Below are positions 17,093 through 25,688 of a stretch of 32,000 nucleotides of DNA, piece after piece; the first letter of the stretch is position 1; every line of letters begins with the position of its first letter. Origin of the DNA: Nonlabens ponticola. GTDB taxonomy: Bacteria > Bacteroidota > Bacteroidia > Flavobacteriales > Flavobacteriaceae. The position numbers and the translations under genes were made by a program. The notes under the pieces are model-generated. The model searched no databases, was not told the origin of the DNA, and was given only the letters and a program-made list of their open reading frames with translations. Where the stretch lies: the NCBI RefSeq assembly GCF_003966335.1, contig NZ_CP034549.1, positions 1,800,001 through 1,832,000 of the forward strand. Direction: 5' to 3'.

Positions 17093-17929
17093 ATGAAGCT
17101 TTATCTTTCCATTCTAACACTGGTATTTTCAACAAATCTTCTTCCTTCTCAAATTCCTGTCGAAACTTATCGGGAAGAAATCTCATCTCTAAACGGTGAC
17201 CAAGAAATATTCAATTATTGGAAAAAACTAGAAGCCGTTGATCAAGAAATTCTTGTGAATTTGACAGATGTAAGAAAGGCAGACAGCCTTTCTATAGATC
17301 AAATGATTCGCACTGCACTGGTTTTTGAAATTCACGGAACTAATAAGTACACAAAATACAACAGTGTTCCCATTATTAATCTATCACATAATTATGTAGG
17401 GTCAAGTCAGCTTGCTTTCTGGCCAATTATTGAAAGATGTTCAGAAATCGGTGGCGTGATTGATACTATTGGTGGTGAGTATCCTGCATACGTTCTAGAA
17501 AGTGTCTCATTGACGTTTTATAACTATTCTTTATTTGCACAAGAATCAAAATATCCTGAATTATTAGAACACCTATCACATGAGCATACAACTAATGTTG
17601 TTGCTGAATTAGAAGAATCGTTTCAAACTCAAAGAACCTTATCAAATTTGAGATTAATTGAAGTCATGAATTCATGGTATAATCAATCGTATAAAGAAAT
17701 TGATAGATCTAAAACTTTTTCTCTAGTAGAGATGTCTGACGGCAAAGTGTACATCAATCATCATGGTCGTTTCCAACAATTAGATCTCATTCAAGGACTG
17801 CATGATTCACAGACTTATAGAATTGTCAATGAACCTTTTGGCTGGAGTTACATTTATAGGAACGATGGCTCCTTATCACTTGTTGATAAAGATGGATCAA
17901 TACTAATGGAATATACTATTGCAGATTAG
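17093..17929 (+). CDS. exported hypothetical protein
   Basis: MKLYLSILTLVFSTNLLPSQ signal-like N-terminus. Starts 9 nt after the previous gene. Spot GC counts are about 32-35%. No family recognised. Confidence 0.55.
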   Translation: MKLYLSILTLVFSTNLLPSQIPVETYREEISSLNGDQEIFNYWKKLEAVDQEILVNLTDVRKADSLSIDQMIRTALVFEIHGTNKYTKYNSVPIINLSHNYVGSSQLAFWPIIERCSEIGGVIDTIGGEYPAYVLESVSLTFYNYSLFAQESKYPELLEHLSHEHTTNVVAELEESFQTQRTLSNLRLIEVMNSWYNQSYKEIDRSKTFSLVEMSDGKVYINHHGRFQQLDLIQGLHDSQTYRIVNEPFGWSYIYRNDGSLSLVDKDGSILMEYTIAD

Positions 17930-17937
17930 ATCAAACT

Positions 17938-18531
17938 TTATAAGCTAATATCATTCACTTGCTGTTGAGTCAATTCAATCACATCACCACTTTTCATAGA
18001 TCCAGTTTTTAAATTACCAATACGCACTCTTGCCAATCTCAAAGTAGGAAAACCAACTTTAGCAGTCATTTTACGTACTTGTCTAAATTTCCCTTCGGTC
18101 AATGTGATGCTTATCCAGCTAGTAGGACCATGCCTTTCATCCCTAATTTTTTGTCTTGTCGGTGGTAAATTTGGATCTTTCCCTATAATGCGCGCTTGAC
18201 AATTCGTTGTTTTGTAATCATTACCATTGATACTAATAATTAATCCATTTTTTATTTTTTCAATCGCGTCATCCGTAATTTGTCCATCTAATTGAGCGTA
18301 GTATTCTTTCTCTGTCTTATCAGTTGTATTAATCTTATAGCTTAAAGAGCCATCGGTTGTGATAATGAGTAAACCTTCGCTGGTCTCATCTAGTCTGCCT
18401 ACCGCCATACTATTTGTAGGGAAATCAAACAGCTCACTCAAAAATCGCTTGTTTTTTTGATGCCTGTCATGTGTGATGAACTGACTCAACATTTTATAGG
18501 GTTTGTAGATTAAAAAGTGCTTATGCTGCAT
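17938..18531 (-). CDS. RsuA/RluE-type pseudouridine synthase without an S4 domain
   Basis: FLIYKPYKMLSQF and the catalytic-Asp motif GRLDETSEGLLIITTDG. C-terminal GKFRQVRKM. Confidence 0.85.
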   Translation of the reverse strand: MQHKHFLIYKPYKMLSQFITHDRHQKNKRFLSELFDFPTNSMAVGRLDETSEGLLIITTDGSLSYKINTTDKTEKEYYAQLDGQITDDAIEKIKNGLIISINGNDYKTTNCQARIIGKDPNLPPTRQKIRDERHGPTSWISITLTEGKFRQVRKMTAKVGFPTLRLARVRIGNLKTGSMKSGDVIELTQQQVNDISL

Positions 18532-18596
18532 GCAATTATAAATTCTATCTATTTACTAGGGTTATAGCTGTGCGAGAATCTACTTAACATTGTACC

Positions 18597-19823
18597 ATGA
18601 AAAGATTATGGAGTTTACTGACCTTAGTTTTATTGATTCTTGCAAGTTGTAAAGATAAATCACCTGTATCTCTCAAGGCTGGTGACTGGCGACTTACCTT
18701 GGATTTAGGAAACGGTAATATGTTACCACAGCAAACAAGCGTCAGCGAGTTAGAAGTGTGGAATCTCATCAATGATACTGAGATCATTGAAGTCACTGAG
18801 ATAGAAATAAAAGGCGATAGTATCTATTTAAGACCACCTGTTTTTGAAGGGTATTTTGCTGGAGTTTTTAAGAGCGAGAATCTTATTCAAGGGTCATTCA
18901 TTAAACCCAGTCTCAATAGAGTAGTACCATTTTCACTAGAATATGGGAACGGCAATAGGTTTGAGAAGTCTTCATCATCTGATAAAGTTGCAAAGGTCAA
19001 TGAGGTCTGGGAAGTCGTATTTAGCCCAGAAGCTGCCCAGGATCGATATATTGCAAAAGGTGTTTTCAATCAAACAGGCAGCAAAGTCACGGGCACGTTT
19101 GAAACCACCACGGGAGATTATCGTTATCTGGAAGGAACCGCGACGGCAGACAGTTTGTTTTTATCAACTTTTGATGGTGCGCATGCCTTCTTATTTAAAG
19201 CAGCTATAAATGATGATGAGATGTCAGGAATTTTTTACAGCGGTAATCACTGGCAAGAACCTTTCATAGGTAAGGTCAATGCAGATTATCAGCTGCCCAG
19301 CGCGACCGATCTTACTTACTTGAAAGAAGGTTTTGATCGCTTTGAATTTGAATTCCCAAATAAAGATGGCCAGATGGTCAGCCTTAATGATCCTATGTTC
19401 AATGACAAAGTGGTTATCGTACAATTAATGGGTAGCTGGTGTCCCAATTGTCTTGATGAGACTAGGTTTTACGTGGACTATATAAACAATAAGCAACATG
19501 ATGATGTTCAGTTTGTTGCCCTGGCTTTTGAATATGCCTCAACACAAGAAAAAGCTTTTGAGTCGATCGAGAAGTTGAAACAATCGGTAGGAATTCCCTA
19601 TCCGGTTTTGCTCGCTCAGCACGGCAATGTAGATAAGAATATTGCTGCACAAAAACTTCCTATGCTCAATCACGTATTATCCTATCCAACCTCTATTTTT
19701 ATTGATAAATCAGGAGAAGTGCGCAGGATTCATACAGGCTATAACGGTCCAGCAACTGGCGTTTCCCATGAGCGCTTTAGAGAAGATTTCTATAGTTTTG
19801 TAGATAGCCTGAGAGCTGGATAA
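18597..19823 (+). CDS. TlpA-like thiol:disulfide oxidoreductase lipoprotein with a large N-terminal extension
   Basis: Lipobox LILASC at residues 13-18. Thioredoxin-fold WCPNC motif at about residue 282. About 240 aa precede the Trx domain. Confidence 0.75.
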   Translation: MKRLWSLLTLVLLILASCKDKSPVSLKAGDWRLTLDLGNGNMLPQQTSVSELEVWNLINDTEIIEVTEIEIKGDSIYLRPPVFEGYFAGVFKSENLIQGSFIKPSLNRVVPFSLEYGNGNRFEKSSSSDKVAKVNEVWEVVFSPEAAQDRYIAKGVFNQTGSKVTGTFETTTGDYRYLEGTATADSLFLSTFDGAHAFLFKAAINDDEMSGIFYSGNHWQEPFIGKVNADYQLPSATDLTYLKEGFDRFEFEFPNKDGQMVSLNDPMFNDKVVIVQLMGSWCPNCLDETRFYVDYINNKQHDDVQFVALAFEYASTQEKAFESIEKLKQSVGIPYPVLLAQHGNVDKNIAAQKLPMLNHVLSYPTSIFIDKSGEVRRIHTGYNGPATGVSHERFREDFYSFVDSLRAG

Positions 19824-19886
19824 GTGTTGATTGGTGTTGGGTTTGTACGCTTTCGCGAAAGCGTAATCACAACCAATTACAACCAT
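19824..19886. repeat. palindromic element copy D (REP-like), most complete copy, in a convergent gap
   Basis: GTGTTGATTGGTGTTGGGTTTG + TACGCTTTCGCGAAAGCGTA (19846-19865, perfect 20-nt palindrome) + ATCACAACCAATTACAACCAT. The GT-rich and AC-rich arms are imperfectly complementary. Confidence 0.8.
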
Positions 19887-19914
19887 AAAAAAAGCTCCAT
19901 CTGGTAGATGAAGC
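19887..19914 (-). terminator. rho-independent terminator of the carbonic anhydrase gene
   Basis: The minus-strand RNA reads GCUUCAUCU-ACC-AGAUGGAGC (9 bp including one G-U) followed by UUUUUUU (plus-strand A-run 19887-19893). It begins 23 nt after the stop. Confidence 0.8.
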
Positions 19915-19937
19915 CTTGTAAGATAGGAAGCTAAAAT

Positions 19938-20567
19938 CTAGCTCACTTGATAGATATCCATTTCTTCCTTGATGAGTTTATCTACATCAACCTTGAGGTC
20001 GATAAGCTTACCACTTGCGAGATCAAATACCCAACCGTGGATTTTTATGCCTCTCGATTTGTATGCGGCTTGCACATCCTCGTTTTTGAGCATATTTACC
20101 ACTTGTTCCTGTACATTAAGTTCGATCAATCGCTCATAGCGCTTGTCCTCATTACTTATAGCAGACAATTCTTTTTTATGAGTTCTATAGACGTCTCTAA
20201 TATTGCGCAAGTAGGGATTCAAAATTCCTAGATCGCTGTTGCCCATGGCTGCCTTTACACCACCACAACCGTAGTGTCCACATATAACTATATGATCAAC
20301 ACCTAGATGCTTTACGGCATAATTTGTCACGCCTAGTGCGCTGATGTCAGTATTTGACACCATGTTGGCAATATTTCTATGTACAAATACTTCACCAGGA
20401 CCTAGTCCCATGATTTCTTCGGCAGTGGCGCGACTGTCACTACATCCTATGTATAGAATTGAAGGGCTTTGACCTGAAGCCAATTTATCAAAGTACGCAT
20501 CATCTTCTGCCAACTTTGATTTGATCCATTCTTTATTATTCTCAAAAACCGTTTCTAAATTTTTCAT
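19938..20567 (-). CDS. beta-class carbonic anhydrase
   Basis: Zinc-ligand motifs CSDSR and HYGCGG. 209 aa. Confidence 0.9.
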   Translation of the reverse strand: MKNLETVFENNKEWIKSKLAEDDAYFDKLASGQSPSILYIGCSDSRATAEEIMGLGPGEVFVHRNIANMVSNTDISALGVTNYAVKHLGVDHIVICGHYGCGGVKAAMGNSDLGILNPYLRNIRDVYRTHKKELSAISNEDKRYERLIELNVQEQVVNMLKNEDVQAAYKSRGIKIHGWVFDLASGKLIDLKVDVDKLIKEEMDIYQVS

Positions 20568-20630
20568 TGATTGTTGTTTGAGTCTTAAAATACAATCAAT
20601 CCAGTGGTGGATAAAATTTATTAGAAATAT

Positions 20631-21920
20631 TTAAGAAACCTCATAGCTCTCACCATGTTGAGATTGATCCAGCCCACGATCCTCTTGATCTTCTCGCACG
20701 CGTATTGGGATCATTTTATTCACTACCCAATATAAGATCCAGCTACCACCAAAGGTGAATATGGAAACCAAAACCAAAGCGATGATATGCCACATAAACG
20801 TATCAGTCTCGCCGTAGATTAGACCTACTTCTTTGGCAAAGACAGCGGTAAGAATCATACCGACAATACCACCAATACCGTGCGATGGGAAAACGTCTAG
20901 TGTATCATCAAGAGTGGTTTTATTTTTTAATCGAATAGCATAATTACTTATCAATGCAGCAATAAAACCTATAAAGATGGACTGTCCTAAACTCACAAAA
21001 CCAGCAGCTGGTGTAATCGCAACTAGTCCAACAATGGCACCTATACAGGCGTTGAGCGCACTCATCTTGCGGCCCGCAAAACGATCATAAAATATCCAAG
21101 TGATCATAGCGGTAGCACTAGCAAGATTAGTGTTTGCAAAAGCTATAATAGTATCACTGTTGACGCCTAGCGCAGATCCAGCATTAAACCCGAACCAGCC
21201 GAACCAGAGTAAGGCTGTTCCCAAAATTATATAAGGTGTATTTGACGTCTGATGGATCACTTCTTTGCGTTTACCTAAAAACACCGCACCAGCAAGTGCT
21301 GCAAATCCAGCGCTCATGTGAACTACGGTACCACCAGCAAAATCAAGTACACCCCAATTGCGCAGCAATCCATCTGGATGCCAAGTCATGTGAGCGAGCG
21401 GCGCATAAATGAATAAAATGAACAGGACGATAAAAAGAATATAACTGCGGAAGCGGATGCGACCAGCAAAACTACCTGTAATCAACGCTGGCGTGATGAT
21501 GGCAAACTTTAATTGAAAAAAAGCAAACAAAAGAAATGGGATTGTTGCTCCAAAATCCTCGTTGGGTGACAGGCTTACACCATTAAAATTGAGATACGTG
21601 CGTGGATCACCTATGATACCACCTATGCTGTCGCCAAAGGCCAAACTAAAGCCCACGATGATCCATAATACACTTACAATACCTAGCGCGACAAAACTTT
21701 GCAGCATGGTGCTAATGACATTCTTGCTATTGACCATACCACCATAAAAAAATGCCAGACCTGGAGTCATGAGTAATACAAAGGCGCTTGCTACCAGCAT
21801 CCATGCAGTATCTCCTTTATCAATAGAGTCAGGAACAGCACCCATCTCATAATTGTTGCCCCAAACGAGAACGATTAAAACAAGGATGACGAGAACAATA
21901 AAATTCCACTTTTTTTGCAT
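20631..21920 (-). CDS. amt: ammonium transporter
   Basis: DFAGGTVVHMSAGFAAL signature, multiple TM segments and C-terminal GLDQSQHGESYE. The listed ORF begins at a TTG (21944); the ATG at 21920 (MQKKWNFIV...) is preferred. Confidence 0.92.
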   Translation of the reverse strand: MQKKWNFIVLVILVLIVLVWGNNYEMGAVPDSIDKGDTAWMLVASAFVLLMTPGLAFFYGGMVNSKNVISTMLQSFVALGIVSVLWIIVGFSLAFGDSIGGIIGDPRTYLNFNGVSLSPNEDFGATIPFLLFAFFQLKFAIITPALITGSFAGRIRFRSYILFIVLFILFIYAPLAHMTWHPDGLLRNWGVLDFAGGTVVHMSAGFAALAGAVFLGKRKEVIHQTSNTPYIILGTALLWFGWFGFNAGSALGVNSDTIIAFANTNLASATAMITWIFYDRFAGRKMSALNACIGAIVGLVAITPAAGFVSLGQSIFIGFIAALISNYAIRLKNKTTLDDTLDVFPSHGIGGIVGMILTAVFAKEVGLIYGETDTFMWHIIALVLVSIFTFGGSWILYWVVNKMIPIRVREDQEDRGLDQSQHGESYEVS

Positions 21921-22101
21921 GACTTTATTTTTTGCTAAAGTCAAATATCTAATACCGTGATTATTAGTGTAGGATTATTTGCAGATCAATTTTCACAAAT
22001 CCTATTTTAATGTTAATAGAGTTTTATATTAAACTGATAGTCAGATTTTTAAATAAGTAGATAAGATTTGCTGTGATTGAACTTGCCTAATAATATGACA
22101 T

Positions 22102-22142
22102 AAAAAAGCTCCAATAATTGAATATTTCTCAATTAGTGGAGC
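22102..22142 (-). terminator. rho-independent terminator of the alpha/beta hydrolase gene
   Basis: 14-bp inverted repeat GCTCCAATAATTGA (22108-22121) / TCAATTAGTGGAGC (22129-22142) with one mismatch. On the minus-strand RNA it is followed by UUUUUU (plus-strand A-run 22102-22107). Confidence 0.75.
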
Positions 22143-22165
22143 ACTATGATATTTACTGTTAAGAG

Positions 22166-22999
22166 CTAGTCAATAAAATCGATAAGTAATTTATTGAGCT
22201 CTTGTTTATGAGTAAGATACAAGCCGTGTGGCGCATCTTTTATTATTTCCAGTTTAGAATCTTTTACGAGTTCATGACCTTGCTTTGAGGTAGGTTCCAT
22301 GGGAACTACATTGTCAGCATCACCGTGAATGAATAGGGTAGGAACGTCTATTTTTTTCATAGCGTCTCTTAAGTCTGTTTTACCAAAAGCATCGATACAA
22401 CCCAATGTTGCTTTAGGTGACGCGGCAACGGCAATATTGAAATTGTAATCCAATTGTCCTTGAGAGACTTTGTCTTTATTATCATTGTAATTGACAAAAT
22501 TCTCGCCGAAGTCTGGCAAGAAACCTGCACGATCACTACTTACTGCTGCTTTCATATCTTCAAATACTTTTTTAGGTACACCATTCTCGTTATCGTCGGT
22601 TTTCAACATAAACGGAGCAATGGAGCTTACAAAAATCAATTTATGCAAACGCTCATTACCAAAAATATCGACGTATTGAGCAATCTCGCCACCACCCATG
22701 GAAAATCCAACAAGAGTTACATCTTGTAAATCCAGCTTATCCATTAGATCCTTGAGATCCTCGGCCATGGCTTTGTATGTATAACCATCCCATGGTCGCG
22801 ATGAATGCCCAAAACCACGTCGATCGTATTGAATTACTCTATATCCAGCATCTATAAGTGCTGGTGTTTGATATTCCCACATAGCACTGCTCAATGGCCA
22901 GCCGTGTATAAGTATGACAGGCTTACCAGTTCCATAATCCTCATAAAAAATGGAAATGTTGGAGTCTGCTGCTGCGGTTGTTTTATCTAGATAAGGCAT
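22166..22999 (-). CDS. alpha/beta hydrolase, non-heme haloperoxidase/arylesterase-like
   Basis: VILIHGWPLS, YDRRGFGHSS, nucleophile elbow GFSMGG and C-terminal GDAD...PHG. Confidence 0.85.
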   Translation of the reverse strand: MPYLDKTTAAADSNISIFYEDYGTGKPVILIHGWPLSSAMWEYQTPALIDAGYRVIQYDRRGFGHSSRPWDGYTYKAMAEDLKDLMDKLDLQDVTLVGFSMGGGEIAQYVDIFGNERLHKLIFVSSIAPFMLKTDDNENGVPKKVFEDMKAAVSSDRAGFLPDFGENFVNYNDNKDKVSQGQLDYNFNIAVAASPKATLGCIDAFGKTDLRDAMKKIDVPTLFIHGDADNVVPMEPTSKQGHELVKDSKLEIIKDAPHGLYLTHKQELNKLLIDFID

Positions 23000-23091
23000 A
23001 AAGTTGTTTTCCTTCTAAGTTAAGTAGAAGTAGCCGCCTCGATAAAAAAACTATGTGAATTTGCTTTTTATTTGGACTGAGAGCGCCTCAA

Positions 23092-23709
23092 TTACAACTC
23101 AATACTGCCTTTTCCTTCACGTATCAGGGTAGGCTCGCTAGTCGTTAGGTCAATGACTGTAGAACCTATATTGCCACCATAACCAGCATCAATAATTATA
23201 TCTACTAGTTTACCCCATTTTTCTTCAATTAGGCTAGGATCAGTAGTGTATTCTAGGACTTCATCATCGTCCTTAATGGATGTAGAGATTATTGGGTTGC
23301 CTAGTGCTTTTACCAGTCCTGTAGCTATAGCATTGTCAGGAACTCTTATACCTACTGTTTTTTTCTTCTTAAAAACACTAGGTAGATTGTTATTGCCGTT
23401 TAGGACAAAAGTGTATGGACCAGGCAAGTTGCGCTTGAGTAATTTAAAAGTGGAGCTGTCAATCTGTGCGGTGTAATCGCTCAGGTTACTCAAGTCTTCA
23501 CAAATGAAAGAGAAGTTTGCTTTTTCAAGTTTCACGCCCTTGAGATGTGCTACTTTTTCAAGTGCCGCTTTATTAGTAATGTCACAGCCTAGACCATAAA
23601 CAGTATCGGTAGGATAGATCACCAAGGCACCATCACGCATGGCTTTTGCAATTTTTATAAGTTGCTTTTGATCAGTATTCTCCTCGTATAACTTGATAAC
23701 CTGTGCCAT
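23092..23709 (-). CDS. tsaC: L-threonylcarbamoyladenylate synthase (YrdC/TsaC type)
   Basis: YPTDTVYGLGCD motif, GPYTFVL, VGIRVP and STS. 205 aa with no Sua5 C-terminal domain. Confidence 0.88.
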   Translation of the reverse strand: MAQVIKLYEENTDQKQLIKIAKAMRDGALVIYPTDTVYGLGCDITNKAALEKVAHLKGVKLEKANFSFICEDLSNLSDYTAQIDSSTFKLLKRNLPGPYTFVLNGNNNLPSVFKKKKTVGIRVPDNAIATGLVKALGNPIISTSIKDDDEVLEYTTDPSLIEEKWGKLVDIIIDAGYGGNIGSTVIDLTTSEPTLIREGKGSIEL

Positions 23710-23712
23710 AAT

Positions 23713-23976
23713 TTACGATCTATTAAGTAAAAAATCCAGTGGCATGAATAAGATGCTTGCCACAATGAGAAAAATCAAAATTTTCAACCAATTAGGAAAC
23801 GGTGTAGCCTCATTTGCTGGTACACGATGGTAGCTATGTTTACCATCTTTTCTTATGCGTATAGCAATATGGTCCTTATCCTTATTGATTTTAAAATTTG
23901 CAAATAACAGCAGTGCCACTAGAATCGCAATGATAATAAAGGCACTCATTCCATCTGTTATGGCAATTGCTGTCAT
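23713..23976 (-). CDS. small membrane protein (two predicted TM helices)
   Basis: 87 aa. Hydrophobic FIIIAILVALLLFANF and ILIFLIVASILFMPL segments flank a basic loop. 3-nt gap to tsaC and 9-nt gap to the upstream gene. Confidence 0.55.
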   Translation of the reverse strand: MTAIAITDGMSAFIIIAILVALLLFANFKINKDKDHIAIRIRKDGKHSYHRVPANEATPFPNWLKILIFLIVASILFMPLDFLLNRS

Positions 23977-23985
23977 CTTTTGTTT

Positions 23986-24198
23986 TTAGTCAACTCTTTC
24001 AACTTCACTCTCTAACTTGAGCACGGCGTCGCCATCGTCTTGCTTGATGTAAAGCGCTTTGTTTCCTTCTTCACCTTTACGGGTGATCTCGCTTCCGTCA
24101 ATTGTTCTTGTCACTTCTTTGGTAAACGTTGATTGCACTTCGCCTTCTGCGGTGCCGTTTCCCCAATCCCATTTTACTCTTGTACCTTCCTTGATCAT
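23986..24198 (-). CDS. DUF2945 (Hva1/TUDOR-like) family small protein
   Basis: 70 aa. EGTRVKWDWGNGTAEGEVQ...YIKQDDGD matches my recollection of the DUF2945 pattern (V.W.WG.G.a.G.V). Confidence 0.5.
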   Translation of the reverse strand: MIKEGTRVKWDWGNGTAEGEVQSTFTKEVTRTIDGSEITRKGEEGNKALYIKQDDGDAVLKLESEVERVD

Positions 24199-24225
24199 AG
24201 CTTTTTCTTTTAAAGATAGTATAAG

Positions 24226-24260
24226 TTAGCTTTCGCGAAAGCGTAATAACAACAACTTAA
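24226..24260. repeat. palindromic element copy E (REP-like), downstream of the aldehyde dehydrogenase gene
   Basis: TTAGCTTTCGCGAAAGCGTAATAACAACAACTTAA. 14-nt perfect palindrome at 24229-24242. The left arm lacks one C relative to copies B and D. AC-rich right arm. Confidence 0.75.
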
Positions 24261-24311
24261 CGTACTACTAGTAAAATTCTAAACAAGATTAAATGTCTGT
24301 GCCTTAAGAGG

Positions 24312-25685
24312 CTAAAACCACTTGAGAAACTTTTTTGTCACGGATAACTTGCCCTTATATGGCGGATATTTTACAGGAATATCAAGCCAGGTGCCGCGAT
24401 GAACCACGCTCTTGTAATGGGAAAACGTCTTGAAAGTATCTTTACCATGATAACTGCCTATACCGCTATTGCCTACGCCGCCAAAAGGCAATCGCTCATT
24501 CACAAATTGAACGATGCTGTCATTGACTGCGCCACCACCAAAGGAAAATCGATTCAAGAACCATTTGCTAAATTTTTTATCGCTGGTGTAAACATATGCG
24601 CCAAGCGGTTTTTCATAACTTTCAATCCACGTGACGATATCCTGTTTATCCTTGTAGGTCACCACTGGCAGAATAGGGCCAAAAATTTCTTGCTGCATCA
24701 CCTTGCTGTCACGAGTAGGCTCATTGACCACCGTAGGTGCTATATACAAATTGTCCTTGTCGTGATCGCCGCCTATACTAATGTCTTCACCTTGCAATAA
24801 CTCTACAAGACTATCAAAATGCTGCTCACGAATAATGCGCGGATAGTCTGGTGAGGACTTGACATTGTCGCCAAAGAATTGCGTTATGTATTTTGAAATT
24901 GCGTCGATCAACGGCTGCTTGATAGACTCATGCACCACTAGATAGTCTGGCGCGATACAGGTTTGACCTGCGTTGAGAAATTTTGCCCATACAATGCGCT
25001 GTGCGCAAACATTAACATCAGCACTTTCATGAATAACCGCTGGATTTTTACCGCCCAATTCTAGGGTTACTGGCGTCATGAATTGCGCGGCGGCCTGATA
25101 GATTTTTTTACCTACCGCTGGACTACCTGTAAAGAAAATGTAATCCCATTGTAGGCTCGTGAGTTGTTGTGCGATCTCGCCATCACCCAAAATCACGCTT
25201 GCATGACCTAGTTCAAAACTTTGTTCTATGATGTTCTTTAACAAATCACTCGTGGCTGGTGAGAATTCACTAGGTTTTAAGGTCACTGTGTTTCCAGCAG
25301 CGATGGCGCCAATTAATGGAGCCATAGCCAGCTGGAATGGATAGTTCCAAGGTGCAATAATCAACGTGCAACCATAAGGCTCTGGATATTTGCGAGCACT
25401 TGATGGGAAGTTGAGTAAAGAGGAACTTACCTTAATCGGTCGTGCCCATTGAGGCGTTTTCTTGATGTAGCGATCGACTTCCTTAAGTACGACTTGGTAT
25501 TCGGTCACAAAGGATTCAAACTCTGATTTTGCAAGATCGCTAGCAAGCGCTTTGTAAACTTCCTGCTCTTGATCAATGAGTACGTTCTTTAGCTTTTTTA
25601 AGGCAGCTATCCTATAATTAAGGTCATAGGTCTTGCGGCTATCAAAATGTGATCGCTGCAGCTTGTGTAGTTCTTGTGGTGTCAT
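24312..25685 (-). CDS. aldehyde dehydrogenase, ALDH3-like
   Basis: Catalytic ELGGKNP (Glu) and NAGQTCIAPDY (Cys) motifs. FTGSPAVGK. 457 aa. Confidence 0.9.
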   Translation of the reverse strand: MTPQELHKLQRSHFDSRKTYDLNYRIAALKKLKNVLIDQEQEVYKALASDLAKSEFESFVTEYQVVLKEVDRYIKKTPQWARPIKVSSSLLNFPSSARKYPEPYGCTLIIAPWNYPFQLAMAPLIGAIAAGNTVTLKPSEFSPATSDLLKNIIEQSFELGHASVILGDGEIAQQLTSLQWDYIFFTGSPAVGKKIYQAAAQFMTPVTLELGGKNPAVIHESADVNVCAQRIVWAKFLNAGQTCIAPDYLVVHESIKQPLIDAISKYITQFFGDNVKSSPDYPRIIREQHFDSLVELLQGEDISIGGDHDKDNLYIAPTVVNEPTRDSKVMQQEIFGPILPVVTYKDKQDIVTWIESYEKPLGAYVYTSDKKFSKWFLNRFSFGGGAVNDSIVQFVNERLPFGGVGNSGIGSYHGKDTFKTFSHYKSVVHRGTWLDIPVKYPPYKGKLSVTKKFLKWF

Positions 25686-25688
25686 AGA

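Noticed and set aside
20567-20599. 8-bp AU-rich hairpin (TTGATTGT / ACAATCAA) abutting the carbonic anhydrase start codon, as a possible translational attenuator.
   Set aside because: The stem is short and AT-only with a 17-nt loop, so predicted stability is marginal. No supporting features were found.
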